Shown here: in pieces, positions 1-9,826 of the stretch
Layout: every line of letters starts with the position of its first letter
Position numbering within the stretch: the first letter of the stretch is position 1
Origin: an uncultured Bacilli bacterium
GTDB lineage: Bacteria; Bacillota_I; Bacilli_A; RF39; UBA660
Direction: 5' to 3'
DNA length: 64,000 bases
Assembly (NCBI GenBank): GCA_947623935.1
Contig: CANQIE010000001.1
Coordinates: forward strand, 4,169-68,168
Translations under genes and position numbers: made by a program
Notes under the pieces: model-generated
What the model saw: the letters and a program-made list of their open reading frames with translations, nothing else
What the model was told of the DNA's origin: nothing
Databases searched by the model: none

Positions 1-239
1 GCTCCTCCTGTTTTTTCAGGTCCCAACATGAAAAGACTAACAATTAACAAAGCAAAACATAAAACAAAGATCGTCGTGGCAGGAGGAACATGGAATAAAT
101 GTTCCACAATCATAGCAACGCTTCCATTTCCTCCTGAAATAAGGTGAGTTGGAAGCTGTAAAAGATTAAACATAACCGCATTTACAAAAAGAGCGCAACA
201 AAGAATAAGCGAGCGAAGAATCAAGTGTCTAGATTTCAT
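1..239 (-). CDS. YitT-family (DUF161) membrane protein, N-terminal part only; gene runs off the window start
   Basis: ATG at 239-237 on minus strand; translation MKSRHLILRSLILCCALFVNAVMFNLLQLPTHLISGGNGSVAMIVEHLF... is paralogous to the adjacent 280..1167 product (FNLFLLP..GG..G motif of YitT/DUF161). Confidence 0.55.
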   Translation of the reverse strand, partial: MKSRHLILRSLILCCALFVNAVMFNLLQLPTHLISGGNGSVAMIVEHLFHVPPATTIFVLCFALLIVSLFMLGPEKTGG

Positions 240-279
240 TTTAGGCGGTTTTTCTTCTTTACCTTTAAAAAACGTCATT

Positions 280-1167
280 TTAGGCACCTCCAGAAACCTC
301 GTAAGCATCACTTGCTACAAAGAATGCAGAAGGATCAATCTGGAAAATACCTTCTTTTAATTTAAAATACTCACTAGTAGGAATAACACACATCAACACT
401 TTTTGTTTTTCTTTGGTGTATCCACCTCTTGCATCAAAGATCGTTACTCCATGATTTAGGTAAGTTAAAATATACTCTTTGATCTCTCTATCTTTTTCGG
501 TAATGATATAGAACGCTTTGGAACTTGAAATACCTAAAATAACTTTATCCGTTAAAATACTGATAATGTATAAAACAATAATACCATACATGAGTCTTGT
601 AACCCCAAAGAAGAAGACACTACTGAAAACGATTAAGCCATCGCTTAACAACATGGCATTACCTAAACTCATATGAGCATATTTAGAAACAATTTGGTTG
701 ATGATATCCGTTCCACCCGTCGTAAATCCGGCTTTAAATATAAGTCCTGCACCAAGTCCATAAAGAACTCCCCCAAAAAGGGCAAGAAGTAATACTTGAG
801 AAGTATCTACCGTAACATAGGTCCCAATCGTAGAAGTTAGTTGGATAGCAAGTGGAAAGAGTAAAGATCCTAAGATCGAGCCCTTGGTCTTTTCCAATCC
901 TAAGGTAAAGTAACTAACAACGAGTAAAATGATCGATCCTACTAAGATAAAGAGAGAAGGCTCAATATTCCATAAACCTTTAAAGATAATAGAAAGTCCA
1001 CTCAAACCTCCAAAAACAATGTTGTTCGGAAGTAAAAACAAGTTAAAGGCAATGGAAGCAAGGAAAATACCAACAACTAATTCAATATAACGACGAATTA
1101 TTTTCGTATGATTGACTTTCTTTATAATCTCATCGGTCTTAGGTCTCCTTCTTTCAAATAATTTCAT
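280..1167 (-). CDS. YitT-family integral membrane protein (DUF161 with C-terminal DUF2179-like domain)
   Basis: 295-aa ORF, multiple TM helices, GGTDIINQ and C-terminal YxxTxxxRExKEYIxxxxxG.TIFxxxGGY pattern typical of YitT family; start overlaps prfB stop (ATGA). Confidence 0.65.
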   Translation of the reverse strand: MKLFERRRPKTDEIIKKVNHTKIIRRYIELVVGIFLASIAFNLFLLPNNIVFGGLSGLSIIFKGLWNIEPSLFILVGSIILLVVSYFTLGLEKTKGSILGSLLFPLAIQLTSTIGTYVTVDTSQVLLLALFGGVLYGLGAGLIFKAGFTTGGTDIINQIVSKYAHMSLGNAMLLSDGLIVFSSVFFFGVTRLMYGIIVLYIISILTDKVILGISSSKAFYIITEKDREIKEYILTYLNHGVTIFDARGGYTKEKQKVLMCVIPTSEYFKLKEGIFQIDPSAFFVASDAYEVSGGA

Positions 1168-2262
1168 ACATTTACCTCCTTCAAATAACTTTCTATAAAT
1201 AAATCAAGATCTCCATCTAGGACTTTGGAAACATTACTGGTCTCGACTTTCGTTCTAGCATCTTTTACAAGAGAATAAGGATGAAGTACATAACTACGGA
1301 TCTGAGAACCAAAGTTGATAGAGGCTACCTCACCTTTTAATTCTTTCTTTTCTTGTTGCTGTTTTTCGAGTTCTAAAAGTTTAAGTTTTCCCTTTAAAAT
1401 GGCAAGGGCTCTTTCTCTATTCTGTAATTGACTTCGCTCATTTTGACAGGTAACGACAATTTTAGTCGGAAGATGGGTAATACGTACTGCTGAATCGGTC
1501 GTGTTGACGTGCTGTCCTCCGGCTCCCCCAGAACGATAAACATCGATCTTTAAATCTTTAGGATCAATCTCAATATCGATACTGTTATCAATTTCAGGGG
1601 TTACTTCAATGGAAGCAAAAGAAGTATGTCGTTTGTTATTGGCATCGAAAGGGGATAGTCGAACCAAACGATGAACTCCTCGTTCACATTTTAAATAACC
1701 ATAGGCATAACTTCCTTTGATTAAAAGAGAGGCCGATTTAATACCCACTTCTTCGCCTTCTTGATAGTCTAATACCTCAATCTTGTATCCTTTCTTCTCT
1801 GCATATCTGGTGTACATCCTATAAAGCATCATCGCCCAATCACAGGCTTCGGTTCCTCCCGCTCCTGAATGCACTTCTAAAATACAATTATTTTGGTCAT
1901 ACGGACCACTTAATAAAAGAAATAGTGATAACTCTTCAACTTTTTGCTCTAGAGATGGAAGTTCTCCCTCCAATGAAGAAAGAACCTCACTATCCTCTTC
2001 TTCCATTAAATTAAAGAGTTCTAAATTATCATTGATTTCCTTTTCTAATTTCGTTATTTTTTCCGTAATATTTCTTAAATTAGATAACTTGTCGATAATT
2101 TCTTTGGCTTCTTCTTGATGATCCCAAAAAGAAGGATCATTCATCTTTTTTTCTAATACTTTTTCTTCTTCTAATTTGGAATCGATGTCAAAGTGACCTC
2201 CATAAATCACTAATTTCTTCTTCTAATTTTTCGAGTTGTCTTTTTATTTCATTTTTATCCAT
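1164..2262 (-). CDS. prfB: peptide chain release factor 2, expressed via programmed +1 ribosomal frameshift
   Basis: SPF tripeptide motif (LSPFDANNKRHTS) and GGQ motif (GGQHVNTTDSA); upstream frame encodes MDKNEIKRQLEKLEEEISDLWRSL ending at in-frame TGA within CTT TGA C, +1 frame continues DIDSKLEEE... Confidence 0.9.
2187..2204 (-). promoter_or_regulatory. prfB autoregulatory +1 frameshift site: internal Shine-Dalgarno GGAGG, 3-nt spacer, slippery CTT TGA C
   Basis: minus-strand sequence TATGGAGGTCACTTTGAC read directly; canonical RF2 recoding signal. Confidence 0.85.
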
Positions 2263-2360
2263 CTTTCTATCACTTTCCTTTATTTATACTAATTTTATTA
2301 TATCATAGCCCCATCGAAAACCACAAATAACTTCGAAGAAAAAAGAGAAATCTCTTTCTC

Positions 2361-3656
2361 TTATGCTTCTTTAGGTTCTCTATAAGTTTGTTTTATATTG
2401 TATTTAACATCTGGTAAAGCGGCTACATCTTCAATCGTTTTAACATTGTATCCCCTACTCTGTAATAGAGCAATAAGTTCTTCTTCAGATAAGTATTCTT
2501 CACTTAAACGATCCCATTCAATTTCACCATTAAGATTAGTAAGCGGAACAATTTCTACTTTTATACGTGTTTCAATCTCTCTTGTTCCATCTTTAAATGG
2601 TTTAGTGTCTGGAACTACACGAGTGTATTCACTCCAAGCACTCCAAACCTCACTATCATCAATACGTTTGGCATTAGGAGACGGTTTGGATGGAAGAAGA
2701 TCACTTCGCTCCATTTTCTCAACGCGATAATATTTGCTGGCATACGTCTTGGTTTCTTCATCGCGTTTAGCTCCTTGTACTGGTGCTGTTAAATAATAGG
2801 TGATTTCTTCATCACGATTGGTAGTTCCTGATGGATAATAATACTTAGGTCCATCGTCGTTTTGAATATACCATTTGTAAGCAAAATTTTGGGATACTTC
2901 TTTAAAGGTATAAAGTTCACTTGGACTTTCTTTGTAGTATTCGGTTACTAATTCACTATTGGATTTATCTTGTGGATAATAGAAACGAACATCTCCCTGA
3001 TAAGCCCAATTCTTATCGCGATAACGATAATAAGTGGTCTGTTTTACAATTTTATAATTAGTATAAGGTACTTCATCTAACCACATGGTTTCTTTTTCAC
3101 CCACAGTGGTCTTGTCGGTATTAAGTTTTTCAGCTTGATAAGAGAAATTTACTTTAGCATTCATTTTGTCTAAAATGTCTTTTTCATCCACCAAAGGTTT
3201 TTCTTCTCCATAAGCTACCGTTGAAGTATTGTTTTCACATTGCATGCTTACTTCAAAGTGATAATTTCCACTTTCAAGTTTACATACTTTAACCATACTG
3301 ACATCTTTGTCACATTTTTTATAGTAGTTAATATCGGATATTAATTTTTGTTCTTGAATGGTCTGTAAAGCTACCGTTGCACAACTACCATTGGATGATG
3401 GTAACTTGGTGGGATCAAATTCGAAATAAGTTTTGGCACTCGCTAAAAAATAATCTTGAGCAAGGGTTGAACCTGGTTGTTCAAAAGGATCAATTTTACT
3501 TACCTCATAGGCATGCATCCCAAAAACAGCAATCAAAATAACAGCAATAACAGAAATGATAACAAGTGCTAAACGGTAACGTTTAATGGTCTTTTTACTA
3601 GAATATTGATTCGGATTTTCATAATCGGTAATATTTTTATATTCGTTATTATCCAT
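2361..3656 (-). CDS. hypothetical protein with single N-terminal TM anchor and large Tyr/Trp-rich extracytoplasmic domain
   Basis: 431-aa ORF; hydrophobic segment LALVIISVIAVILIAVFGM near N-terminus; no recognisable catalytic motif. Confidence 0.5.
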   Translation of the reverse strand: MDNNEYKNITDYENPNQYSSKKTIKRYRLALVIISVIAVILIAVFGMHAYEVSKIDPFEQPGSTLAQDYFLASAKTYFEFDPTKLPSSNGSCATVALQTIQEQKLISDINYYKKCDKDVSMVKVCKLESGNYHFEVSMQCENNTSTVAYGEEKPLVDEKDILDKMNAKVNFSYQAEKLNTDKTTVGEKETMWLDEVPYTNYKIVKQTTYYRYRDKNWAYQGDVRFYYPQDKSNSELVTEYYKESPSELYTFKEVSQNFAYKWYIQNDDGPKYYYPSGTTNRDEEITYYLTAPVQGAKRDEETKTYASKYYRVEKMERSDLLPSKPSPNAKRIDDSEVWSAWSEYTRVVPDTKPFKDGTREIETRIKVEIVPLTNLNGEIEWDRLSEEYLSEEELIALLQSRGYNVKTIEDVAALPDVKYNIKQTYREPKEA

Positions 3657-3812
3657 ACATTCCTCCTACTTTCCTACTCTAACTATATCATGCCAAAAGC
3701 CGTTATTTCAAGCAAAAGAAAAAGAAAATCGCTTATTTACGTCGATTCATTTTTTAAATAAGAACTTTTTGATTTCAAATCTTAAAAATATTTAAGAAAG
3801 ATTATAATTATT

Positions 3813-4409
3813 TTACCAACCACTTTTTATAAATATTTTATTCTCGAAATCACATCGTCTTTCTTTTTTACTATCAACAACAAAATAAGAATCCATGATA
3901 CGAGGAATAATTTTACAAGTAATTCCCTCTATTTTCATTTCATAAGAAGGAACTTTATCACATCTTAAAACAAAGTCATCTAATACATTGTAAAAAGAAG
4001 TCCCTTCTTTAAACTTTAAAAGAATAGGCTTATACGAAGGATTAGTTGAATCTAAAAAATAAGGATTCCCTTGATGAAAGAACAGTATAACATAAGTACA
4101 TTTTTCAAAAATTTCATCAAAGGAAATGAATCCAAAGTCTATAAGTACATTCCCATTGCTATCATACGTATTATCGCTTATTACATTGCGGACAACATTT
4201 CTTTTTTCTTTTTCTTGAAACCAATTTTTTAATCCATCAAGAATAGCACCAGGATCATAATACTCCTTTTCGATTCCAACTTCAAAAGGTATTAAGTATT
4301 CTAATAAAGAATCTATTGGAACCACAAATTTTGAAGAAGGCGCAATCGACTGCATGCTCTTAGGTTTCAAATAGGATCGTAATTGGTCGATTCCGTTAAT
4401 GCTTTCCAT
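3813..4409 (-). CDS. hypothetical protein
   Basis: 198-aa ORF 14 nt downstream of 4424..4816, likely co-transcribed; no recognisable motif. Confidence 0.4.
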   Translation of the reverse strand: MESINGIDQLRSYLKPKSMQSIAPSSKFVVPIDSLLEYLIPFEVGIEKEYYDPGAILDGLKNWFQEKEKRNVVRNVISDNTYDSNGNVLIDFGFISFDEIFEKCTYVILFFHQGNPYFLDSTNPSYKPILLKFKEGTSFYNVLDDFVLRCDKVPSYEMKIEGITCKIIPRIMDSYFVVDSKKERRCDFENKIFIKSGW

Positions 4410-4423
4410 ATATAAAACTCTTT

Positions 4424-4816
4424 CTAAAATTTCTTTTGTAATACTTTATCAATAAGTACAATATCTTTCTGGTCTTTTTCTCTATTTAAATATTGTTTTA
4501 GTTTTTTTACATCTTCTAATTTCTGAACTGGAATGCCTTCAATTAAATCAAAAGAAGGAGAATATAAATTGCAACCAAAATTAATAGTATTATCGATATA
4601 ATATAAACAATTGCCATCAGGAAGAACCCGCTCTAAAGTACAAGAATAATGCGTAAGTAAATACCTAAAATAAGATTTAGTAACTGAAATATCAACATCT
4701 CTTGTCTTCTCCTTAATCCCTAAAAGAACGAGTACTGCTCCCGAAATCACTAAATATTCATTTGGGTCAAAGGCATACTGACGTAAAATAGTTAAAATTT
4801 GATTTCGATCAAACAT
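4424..4816 (-). CDS. hypothetical small protein; possible minimal nucleotidyltransferase (Pol-beta-like) fold
   Basis: 130 aa; SGAVLVLLGIKEKTRDVDISV resembles hG[GS]-x9-13-DhDh of minimal NTases; weak, unverified. Confidence 0.35.
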   Translation of the reverse strand: MFDRNQILTILRQYAFDPNEYLVISGAVLVLLGIKEKTRDVDISVTKSYFRYLLTHYSCTLERVLPDGNCLYYIDNTINFGCNLYSPSFDLIEGIPVQKLEDVKKLKQYLNREKDQKDIVLIDKVLQKKF

Positions 4817-4921
4817 TTTATTCCTTCTTTCTCTAGTTATGTCTTTCTATAATACGCTTTTAAGTTAAATTAAGCAAGAAACAAAAAGATTTTAAACAAA
4901 AGTTAAGGTCTTTGAAAAATG

Positions 4922-5224
4922 CTATTGTTGATTTATTTTTTTACTAAGAATAGGTCCTAAAGAAGAAGTAGTTTTACTTTCCATTTTTTGATTTTGTAAT
5001 AAAGTAAACATCATTTTGGTAAGTCCCGTACTCTGATTCACTAAGACTTGTATTTCTTCTATACTCATCTTATCTAAAAGATCACTTTCCCCTGCTTTAT
5101 CTAATATCTCTCTTAAAGTTAAATGACTATCCCCAAATGCTCCATTATGATAACGATTCATAATACTATAATACTTTTCCAAATTTTCACTTAATTCCTT
5201 TTGTTCATGATTTTCTAATTTCAT
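4922..5224 (-). CDS. hypothetical protein
   Basis: 100-aa ORF with AT-rich SD-like upstream region; no motif recognised. Confidence 0.35.
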   Translation of the reverse strand: MKLENHEQKELSENLEKYYSIMNRYHNGAFGDSHLTLREILDKAGESDLLDKMSIEEIQVLVNQSTGLTKMMFTLLQNQKMESKTTSSLGPILSKKINQQ

Positions 5225-5242
5225 ATTTTTATATTTCCTTCC

Positions 5243-5905
5243 TTATTTTTTTATTAAAATTTTGTCTCTTTGAGATTGATAATCATCTTCACTAACCAAG
5301 TGATATTTTAAGCAATCTTCTAAAGAAGCCAATTCTTTTCTCTTGGCTGTTTCTACTTCATTTCTCCAAAAACGTTCTTCTTCTAACATCGCTTTTATAG
5401 CCTCATCTTGTCCTTTTTCGATACACAAATCAAAAAACTTGTATCTCGTATTATAATATCGATCTTGGAAATCATTAATAAATCTTTTTCCTCTTACAAC
5501 TCTGTTTTCTTGTTCAAAAGTAGGTTGTTCACTCAAAGGAATAGTTATTCTTCTTGTTGCATCTTCTAAGTCCATATAAACCGAAACCATACGTTCCTTA
5601 TCTTCATCATAATATGAACTTCCAAATATTTCTTCATATCTTTGAACAGATAAATCTATAGCCCAAAACCAGATATGATTCGTTTGTTCTAGAGCACCAC
5701 TTCCAAACTTTTTAATCAGTTTAGAAATAACATCTTTATAACAATTATCCACACCAATATAAGATCTCTGTAACTCTAATAAGTACTTATAACGTTTTAC
5801 AACGGGATGTTCTTCCAATTCTTTAATCTCTTCAAAATCACTTTGTATAAGTCTTTTTTCCTCGGTATATTCTTTTCTTATTTGTTCTAATTCTTCTTTA
5901 GTCAT
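5243..5905 (-). CDS. hypothetical charged, likely helical cytoplasmic protein
   Basis: 220-aa ORF rich in E/K/R/Y; no motif recognised. Confidence 0.4.
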   Translation of the reverse strand: MTKEELEQIRKEYTEEKRLIQSDFEEIKELEEHPVVKRYKYLLELQRSYIGVDNCYKDVISKLIKKFGSGALEQTNHIWFWAIDLSVQRYEEIFGSSYYDEDKERMVSVYMDLEDATRRITIPLSEQPTFEQENRVVRGKRFINDFQDRYYNTRYKFFDLCIEKGQDEAIKAMLEEERFWRNEVETAKRKELASLEDCLKYHLVSEDDYQSQRDKILIKK

Positions 5906-5963
5906 AATCCAAAACCTCCTATTTTCCCCTCTTATTTATAATAACTCAAAAATGAAATAATTT

Positions 5964-7013
5964 CTATTTTTTATATTTATTAAGGAACTCATAAATATAT
6001 TTATAATATTCTTCTTTATGCATGGTATATGTTTCTATAATTTTATTTGCTGTCTCATAAGCTTTTGTATAATCTTCCTTAGTAATAAGTCCTCTTTCAT
6101 AGACTTCTTTTAATTCATCCTCATCCATTAAGCTAGGCCCATATCCATTTGGAATACAAACATCTAATTTCATATCCACAAAATAAGGATTTTCTGAATC
6201 ACTAAAATCGTTGATCTTTGTTATATCAAAGTAACTTTCAATCAATCGGTTTTGATCATCAAACATAACCGTTAACCACCAATTTTGATTCTTTGGTGCA
6301 AATATTAATTGTTTAAAATGATTATCAACGATCTTAACTTTTCCAATAGGAGAATCGACTACTAAAGGAGAAGATACCTCTATAATATTTAAATAACATA
6401 CTTTACCTTCAAAGAATTTATTCTTTATACTTTCAACTTTGGTTCCTTTTTTTAGAATTCTTTTCCAAGTATCTCTTTTTAAATCTTTAAAGCCAAACTT
6501 AATAGGATTATTAAATCTGATTCTAGTTAGATATTGGCTATCCGTTTCTCCAACGATAAAAGCCCCACAGTTAAGTTGAACTTTTAAAGATGCTGGATTA
6601 TCCTTATTAAAAGATAAATAAATTTCATCTTCGGATATAAGTTCTTTACACTTATCAATAGCAAGTTCTAATCCCTTTGTTGCATATCCCTTTCCTCTCA
6701 TAGAAGGTAAAATGCCATACCCAATATGTCCGGGTCCTTTTTTTAAATAATCATTCAAAAAATGTCTTATTTTAAAAAGGCCTACAATTTTATTATCATT
6801 CCATAAAAAGAAATAAGTATCGGGAACATATCCCTCTTCCAACTCTAATCCTTCCGAATTTTTTAATAATTTAGGAATAACTTTTTCTTTTAGTTCTTCC
6901 ATAGTAACATCATGATATTTGTTTTCAAAACCATTTTCATTAAAAGGAATGGCTCTAAAAGCCTTATACTCTTCCTCAATGTCATCATAATTTATTTTCT
7001 TTAGATAAAGCAT
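5964..7013 (-). CDS. GNAT-family N-acetyltransferase fused to a C-terminal DUF402-like domain
   Basis: N-terminal half has GNAT motif A (GILPSMRGKGYATKGLELAI); C-terminal part YFDITKINDF...YFVDMKLDVCIPNGYGPSLMDEDELKEVYERGLITKEDY resembles DUF402/FomD-like domains. Confidence 0.55.
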   Translation of the reverse strand: MLYLKKINYDDIEEEYKAFRAIPFNENGFENKYHDVTMEELKEKVIPKLLKNSEGLELEEGYVPDTYFFLWNDNKIVGLFKIRHFLNDYLKKGPGHIGYGILPSMRGKGYATKGLELAIDKCKELISEDEIYLSFNKDNPASLKVQLNCGAFIVGETDSQYLTRIRFNNPIKFGFKDLKRDTWKRILKKGTKVESIKNKFFEGKVCYLNIIEVSSPLVVDSPIGKVKIVDNHFKQLIFAPKNQNWWLTVMFDDQNRLIESYFDITKINDFSDSENPYFVDMKLDVCIPNGYGPSLMDEDELKEVYERGLITKEDYTKAYETANKIIETYTMHKEEYYKYIYEFLNKYKK

Positions 7014-7037
7014 GTAATCAACTCCATTATTTAATCT

Positions 7038-7355
7038 TTATTTAGCAAGTTCTTCATCCATCCAATTTAGATAATCTTTATGAATACTTGTAATATCATA
7101 CACAGCAAATTCAAAACATTCATAACTATGTATAGACTTAATTACTTCATAAATTTTTTCTTGATATTCTTTTTTAGTCGTCATTTGAAGTAAATACTCC
7201 TTTGATACTTCTCTTTGTTGATGATAATTCCAACTACTTTCACTTTCGATCACATGACAACTGGTCACGATCTTCATATCTAATAATTTTTTAACAATGG
7301 CATCAATTTCATCTATATTGTTACTGGCCGTTTCAATCATACAATATTGAGTCAT
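7038..7355 (-). CDS. cutA: CutA-like divalent-cation tolerance protein
   Basis: 105 aa; pattern IVTSCHVI....W......E.LL..T......I.EV.KSIHSYECFEF.V.DI...KDYLNWMDEE matches CutA1 family (HPYEVPE, YL.W motifs). Confidence 0.5.
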   Translation of the reverse strand: MTQYCMIETASNNIDEIDAIVKKLLDMKIVTSCHVIESESSWNYHQQREVSKEYLLQMTTKKEYQEKIYEVIKSIHSYECFEFAVYDITSIHKDYLNWMDEELAK

Positions 7356-7412
7356 AATAATCTCACCTATAAAAATTATACTATAATATCAAAAAGATAA
7401 AAATAATAGAGG

Positions 7413-7850
7413 TTATATTTCAAGTTCCATAACTACATGAACAATTCCTTCTTCTAAGAAATCATTAGAAACCGCTTTAAATCCAAATTTTCCATAAAAA
7501 CCTACAGCATGTTTTTGAGCGTCCATACATATTTTTTTGCAATTCATTTTTTCTTTAATTGATTGCAAACTTTGTTCCATCAATTCTTTACCTACACCTT
7601 TTCCATGTTTTAGAGTTAAAACTCTACCAATTTTAACAATGTCTTTATGGACATCTTGATAAAATGCTCTAAGATAGGCTATGACCTTATTATCTTTCAT
7701 AAAAAAGCAATGTAAACTGTTATAATCAATATCATCTATATCTTGATAATGAATATTTTGTTCCATAACAAAAATTTCTGATCTTGCTTTTAATATTTCA
7801 TATATTTCTGTAGTGGATAATTCATTAAATTTTTTAGATATTAAATTCAT
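7413..7850 (-). CDS. GNAT-family acetyltransferase, ElaA-like
   Basis: 145 aa; ELSTTEIYEILKARSEIFVMEQNIHYQDIDDIDYNSLH and IGRVLTLKHGKGVGKELM match ElaA/GNAT motifs. Confidence 0.7.
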   Translation of the reverse strand: MNLISKKFNELSTTEIYEILKARSEIFVMEQNIHYQDIDDIDYNSLHCFFMKDNKVIAYLRAFYQDVHKDIVKIGRVLTLKHGKGVGKELMEQSLQSIKEKMNCKKICMDAQKHAVGFYGKFGFKAVSNDFLEEGIVHVVMELEI

Positions 7851-7909
7851 CTATTTTCTCCTTACCAATTACCATTTATTTCACTTGGGATTATAAAAAT
7901 AATATTAAT

Positions 7910-8416
7910 TTAAGATAATATAAAGGCGATCGTATTGCAAACAACAGCAATAAAGAACAATGTGCCAGTTAATAAATCTGTTTTATCTTTTCTTACTTTA
8001 TAACGACTCAAAAAAGTAACGCAGTTATAAGCACATAGCAAACTAACTAAAGAGGAAGAAGAAATGTTTTTACAAGTTGAAATAATTACTAAGATAATAA
8101 AGAATAAAGCCATACCTATAATTCCATATTTCATAGATTTTAAATTTACTAATTCTGTTAATTTGATGACATTTTCTTCACACTTTTTTTCCACATTCTT
8201 TTTTTCTATCGTTTCCCCAGCAAGTATATCATTTACGCTCACTTCTAATATTTCGCTAAGTGGTTTAAGTAGAGACATATCCATTAAACATAATCCTCTT
8301 TCCCACTTACTTACAGCGTTTTTAGTAATACCTAGTTTTTCTGCTAGTTCTTCTTGTGTCAATTCTTTTGCTTTTCTTTGTTTAGCAATAAATTTGCCAA
8401 TTTTTTCTTGATTCAT
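7910..8416 (-). CDS. XRE-family helix-turn-helix transcriptional regulator with C-terminal membrane segments
   Basis: N-terminus AKQRKAKELTQEELAEKLGITKNAVSKWERG is a canonical HTH_3; C-terminal half has two hydrophobic helices. Confidence 0.75.
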   Translation of the reverse strand: MNQEKIGKFIAKQRKAKELTQEELAEKLGITKNAVSKWERGLCLMDMSLLKPLSEILEVSVNDILAGETIEKKNVEKKCEENVIKLTELVNLKSMKYGIIGMALFFIILVIISTCKNISSSSLVSLLCAYNCVTFLSRYKVRKDKTDLLTGTLFFIAVVCNTIAFILS

Positions 8417-8494
8417 ATTTTTCTCCTTTCAAGAAGAACGGTAACATTTAAACATTATTTTTTAAACATACCAAGAGTTTACTTCCCAAAATGA

Positions 8495-9485
8495 CTATTT
8501 GTTTTCTATTTGTTTTGTTTCATTTAATAATCTATCAAAATCAGATACATAGTTTCTATCTTGTATAACTTTATATTTTTCATATTCAATTTCTGCTTTT
8601 TCTACTGCTTGTTTATGAGAAACTGTTCCTTTTCCTTCTAAGACATCATAATGAAAAGCTTTTATTGCGTTTTCAACTTCTTTTTTCCAATCATCCATAT
8701 ACATTGCAATATTTCTTTCAGCATTATTTTCAGCTATATCTAAAAATACATTTACTAAATTGTTTAAATTTTTAATTTCTTTTTCATCTAAATAATTTTT
8801 GGCAATAGTAATATCTGATTTTAATATCTTCCCATCAGGTGATTTATCCCAATTGGTAAGGCCTATATTTTCTTTTGCAGAATCAACTCTATTATAAACT
8901 ATTTCCGCAGCAGTCTGTCCAGTTATAGCGTAATGAAATTTATTTTGAATCGTTTTATAAAATTCCATTGCTATTTCACTACTTTTATCATAATCTATTG
9001 AACATTCTTTCACTTGTACGAATTAATTTAATTCTTTCAAGTAATCTTTGAAAATATTCTTGATCTTTTTTATTGGCTTTCATGAATCTTTCGTCATTTA
9101 AAGCAAACCCCTGAACCATATAATCCTTAATGATTTTATTTGCCCAAGTTCTAAATTTAATTGCTTTTTTAGAATTAACTCTAAATCCTATGGAAATAAT
9201 CATATCAAGATTATAATACGGATAAACTCTTTTAACTTTACGAGTCCCTTCATTTTGAACTTGTGCAATTTTTGCACAAGTTGAATTTTCATTTAATTCT
9301 TCCTCTTTATAAATATTATTAATATGTCTAACAATACCACTTCTATCAATGTCAAATAAAGCTGCTAAAGCCTCCGTATTTAACCAAACATCTTCATTTT
9401 GAAGTAATACTTCTACTTTAGTATTTCCTTCCTCATCATTATAAAATAAAATGTTTTTTTCATTTCCAATTAATTTATCTTTCAC
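8495..9485 (-). pseudogene. RhuM-family virulence-associated protein gene split by a frameshift into two overlapping ORFs (8988..9485 N-terminal, 8495..9013 C-terminal)
   Basis: N-part ...LNTEALAALFDIDRSGIVRHINNIYKEEELNENSTC...YNLDMIISIGFRVNSKKAIKFRTWANKI and C-part HYAITGQTAAEIVYNRVDSAKENIGLTNW...YEKYKVIQDRNYVSDFDRL together match a single RhuM protein; reading frames change near 9000-9013. Confidence 0.6.
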
Positions 9486-9826
9486 AATTACACCCTCTCT
9501 AAAATTTAAAAAATCATACTCAAATATTATGATTAAATATTTCTCTTATGCATTCGCAAATGATAAGCTTGACAAACTTTCATACTATCATCCCCTAATA
9601 TCAACATATCATACATACGTTTGCTAGTCAACTTATTTTTAATAAAATTTTTATCTTATAGAAATATGCTATAATTTTCCTATTATAAAATAAAAACCAG
9701 CGCGAATGCTGATTTTACAATGTTATCATTGGAATTTCATTGATCCTACAGGGTTTTTAGCATTTTTGGAAACAAATTGAATTTTTTGTGTACATTCTGA
9801 GTACATTTTTATAGTCTTAGAGGTTC

